A stretch of 64,000 nt of DNA. Source: Candidatus Saccharimonadales bacterium. GTDB lineage: Bacteria > Patescibacteriota > Saccharimonadia > Saccharimonadales > JACDBH01. The position numbers and the translations under genes were made by a program. Below the pieces are notes generated by a model. It saw nothing but the letters and a program-made list of their open reading frames with translations. It was not told the DNA's origin and searched no databases. Below, piece by piece: positions 62,600 to 64,000 of the stretch; positions within the stretch are counted from its first letter, which is position 1, and each line of letters opens with the position of its first letter. The stretch is taken from assembly GCA_041752595.1 (NCBI GenBank), contig JBGSWE010000007.1, positions 8,986-72,985 on the forward strand. Reading direction: 5' to 3'.

Positions 62600-63286
62600 T
62601 TATCTGATGGCTTTCTGTAAGTGATCTAGTAAAGTATGGGCACTTGTGCGAGCTCTAGCTGATTCTGTGTGATTTAAGTTGCCAGTAGCCACTTGACGCA
62701 TTGCTTCAACCGCCCTTGGTAAATCATCATTGATAATAAAGATGTACTGCGGGTCATTAAGTGCGGCATCTAAAGATTCCTTAGCTTCCATGAGTCTTGC
62801 TTCTAAGTTCTTTTCGTGATGAGCAGCAATACGTCGCATCCATTCACTATTGTTGGGTGGAATAATGTAGACAGGTGTAACTGATGCAAAACCAATTTCC
62901 TTAAAGCGAGACATTGAGCTAGATATTATCGACATCACACAAACACCAGCTCCGGGGAATGATGAAGCTTTTGTTCCGTATAATTCTGTTTCACGTTCAA
63001 TAACAAACTGTACAAATTCACCACGCTCTATTTCCGCTAATAAAGATTCTAGATCGATTCTAAAATTGTAATCACGACCATGTACTTCGCCCTCACGTGG
63101 GGCCCTGGTTGTATCGCCGACCACGTAAGGTAGTCCTGTTTGACGAGTTACTGTTGATTTGCCAGCACCAGTTGGTCCGACTACTGCAATTAAATTTATG
63201 TGGGCTAGTTGTCTTACTACATCTGGGTTTGGTCGGTAGGTGACTTGTAAGGATTTGAGGCGTGCTATTAGTTTTTGCTTTTCCAT
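62600..63286 (-). CDS. guanylate-kinase-like protein with intact P-loop
   Basis: GPTGAGKST plus GMP-binding type block GDTTRAPREGEVHGRDYNF and LYGT. Carries an N-terminal extension shared with the downstream paralog. Confidence 0.65.
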   Translation of the reverse strand: MEKQKLIARLKSLQVTYRPNPDVVRQLAHINLIAVVGPTGAGKSTVTRQTGLPYVVGDTTRAPREGEVHGRDYNFRIDLESLLAEIERGEFVQFVIERETELYGTKASSFPGAGVCVMSIISSSMSRFKEIGFASVTPVYIIPPNNSEWMRRIAAHHEKNLEARLMEAKESLDAALNDPQYIFIINDDLPRAVEAMRQVATGNLNHTESARARTSAHTLLDHLQKAIR

Positions 63287-63361
63287 ATTGGCTTTAATTG
63301 TACCAGCTTAAGTTAGTAAACATAAGGGCTACAGTGTTTTTTTTGATAAAAAACCAAACAC

Positions 63362-64000
63362 CTAATCTCTTTTGAGCATTACAGTGAAAGCTTCGGCTGG
63401 GATATCAACTTTGCCAAATCTTTTCATACGCTCTTTACCCTTTTTCTGCTTGGCTAAAACTTTTTTCTTTCGCGAAACGTCGCCACCATATAATCCAGTT
63501 GTTACGTCTTTGCGATAAGCGCTGATGTCTTCGCGGGCAATAAACCTACCACCAATACCAGCCTGCAGTGAAACCTGGAAGTTTTGCCTTGGTATAACTT
63601 CTTTTAATTTTGCAACTGTTTCCCTGCCAATACGGTCGGCCTCAGATCTATGTACCATTATTCCAAGTGCTTCAACTTGGTCGCCGGCTACATAAAAATC
63701 AACACGTACTAAATTTTCTACACGATAATCGTCAAGTTCGTAATTGAATGATCCATAGCCAGAAGTGATGCTTTTTAGCTGATCGTAAAAATCTGTCAAC
63801 AAATTTGCAAGCGGAGCCTCAAAACTAATAAGAGCAAGTTGCGCATCTACATAAGAAACGTTTTTTTGGAAACCTCTAGTTGATACGATTAGCTGTATAA
63901 CTGAACCTACGTAATCTTTTGGTGCAACTATTTCACCTTTTATCCAGGGTTCGCTTATCTCTGCTATAGATGAAGGGTCGGGTAGATCTGCCGCTGATTT
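63362..64000 (-). CDS. lepA: elongation factor 4 (LepA), C-terminal part; gene continues past the right edge
   Basis: C-terminal LepA-specific region (DQLKSITSGYGSFNYE..., IPRQNFQV..QA.IG, YGGDVSRKKKVLAKQKKGKERMK). The frame stays open upstream of the track start to base 64000. Confidence 0.9.
   Translation of the reverse strand, partial: KSAADLPDPSSIAEISEPWIKGEIVAPKDYVGSVIQLIVSTRGFQKNVSYVDAQLALISFEAPLANLLTDFYDQLKSITSGYGSFNYELDDYRVENLVRVDFYVAGDQVEALGIMVHRSEADRIGRETVAKLKEVIPRQNFQVSLQAGIGGRFIAREDISAYRKDVTTGLYGGDVSRKKKVLAKQKKGKERMKRFGKVDIPAEAFTVMLKRD

Noticed and set aside
1-64000. CRISPR arrays, rRNA genes, transposases/integrases, prophage blocks
   Set aside because: No regularly spaced repeats, rRNA-like conserved stretches or recombinase motifs were seen on either strand.

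Overview
Gene-dense, AT-rich window (about 40% GC by eye, not computed) that translates cleanly under the standard bacterial code; TGA is used as a stop. The content looks like a small-genome monoderm bacterium of the CPR/Patescibacteria type, most plausibly Saccharibacteria (TM7). That lineage call is inference from gene content only. Main contents: (1) scattered peptidoglycan genes (murD, murI, murB, an HTH-fused murA, mraY); (2) C1 metabolism (folD, glyA); (3) a recA / two membrane proteins / recX operon and yebC-ruvCAB; (4) a 10-kb type IV pilus cluster (pilB, pilC, pilA, three large pilin-like or PilX-like genes, pilM, pilN, pilO); (5) an hrcA-grpE-dnaK-dnaJ heat-shock locus with four CIRCE operators; (6) rny-ymdB and tsaE-tsaB; (7) two sortase/substrate pairs; (8) a rimK/DUF785 module beside a second ATP-grasp ligase and an unplaceable 306-aa protein; (9) a mazEF-like toxin-antitoxin pair; (10) a UbiB/ABC1 kinase flanked by mini membrane proteins; (11) two tandem guanylate-kinase-like paralogs; (12) a surface-protein cluster (GH10, LRR, M23). 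There are seven tRNA genes, all with encoded CCA, plus one degenerate tRNA 5' half next to a free-standing HNH endonuclease. I saw no rRNA, CRISPR array, transposase or integrase. The best candidates for undescribed biology are the dual ATP-grasp locus (51.3-55.1 kb), the recA-2xTM-recX operon, the HTH-MurA fusion, the sortase F pair with a non-LPXTG substrate, the tRNA/HNH islet with an atypical tRNA-Gly, and recurring promoter-proximal motifs that suggest leaderless transcripts. All homology calls come from motif recognition by eye; no searches were run.
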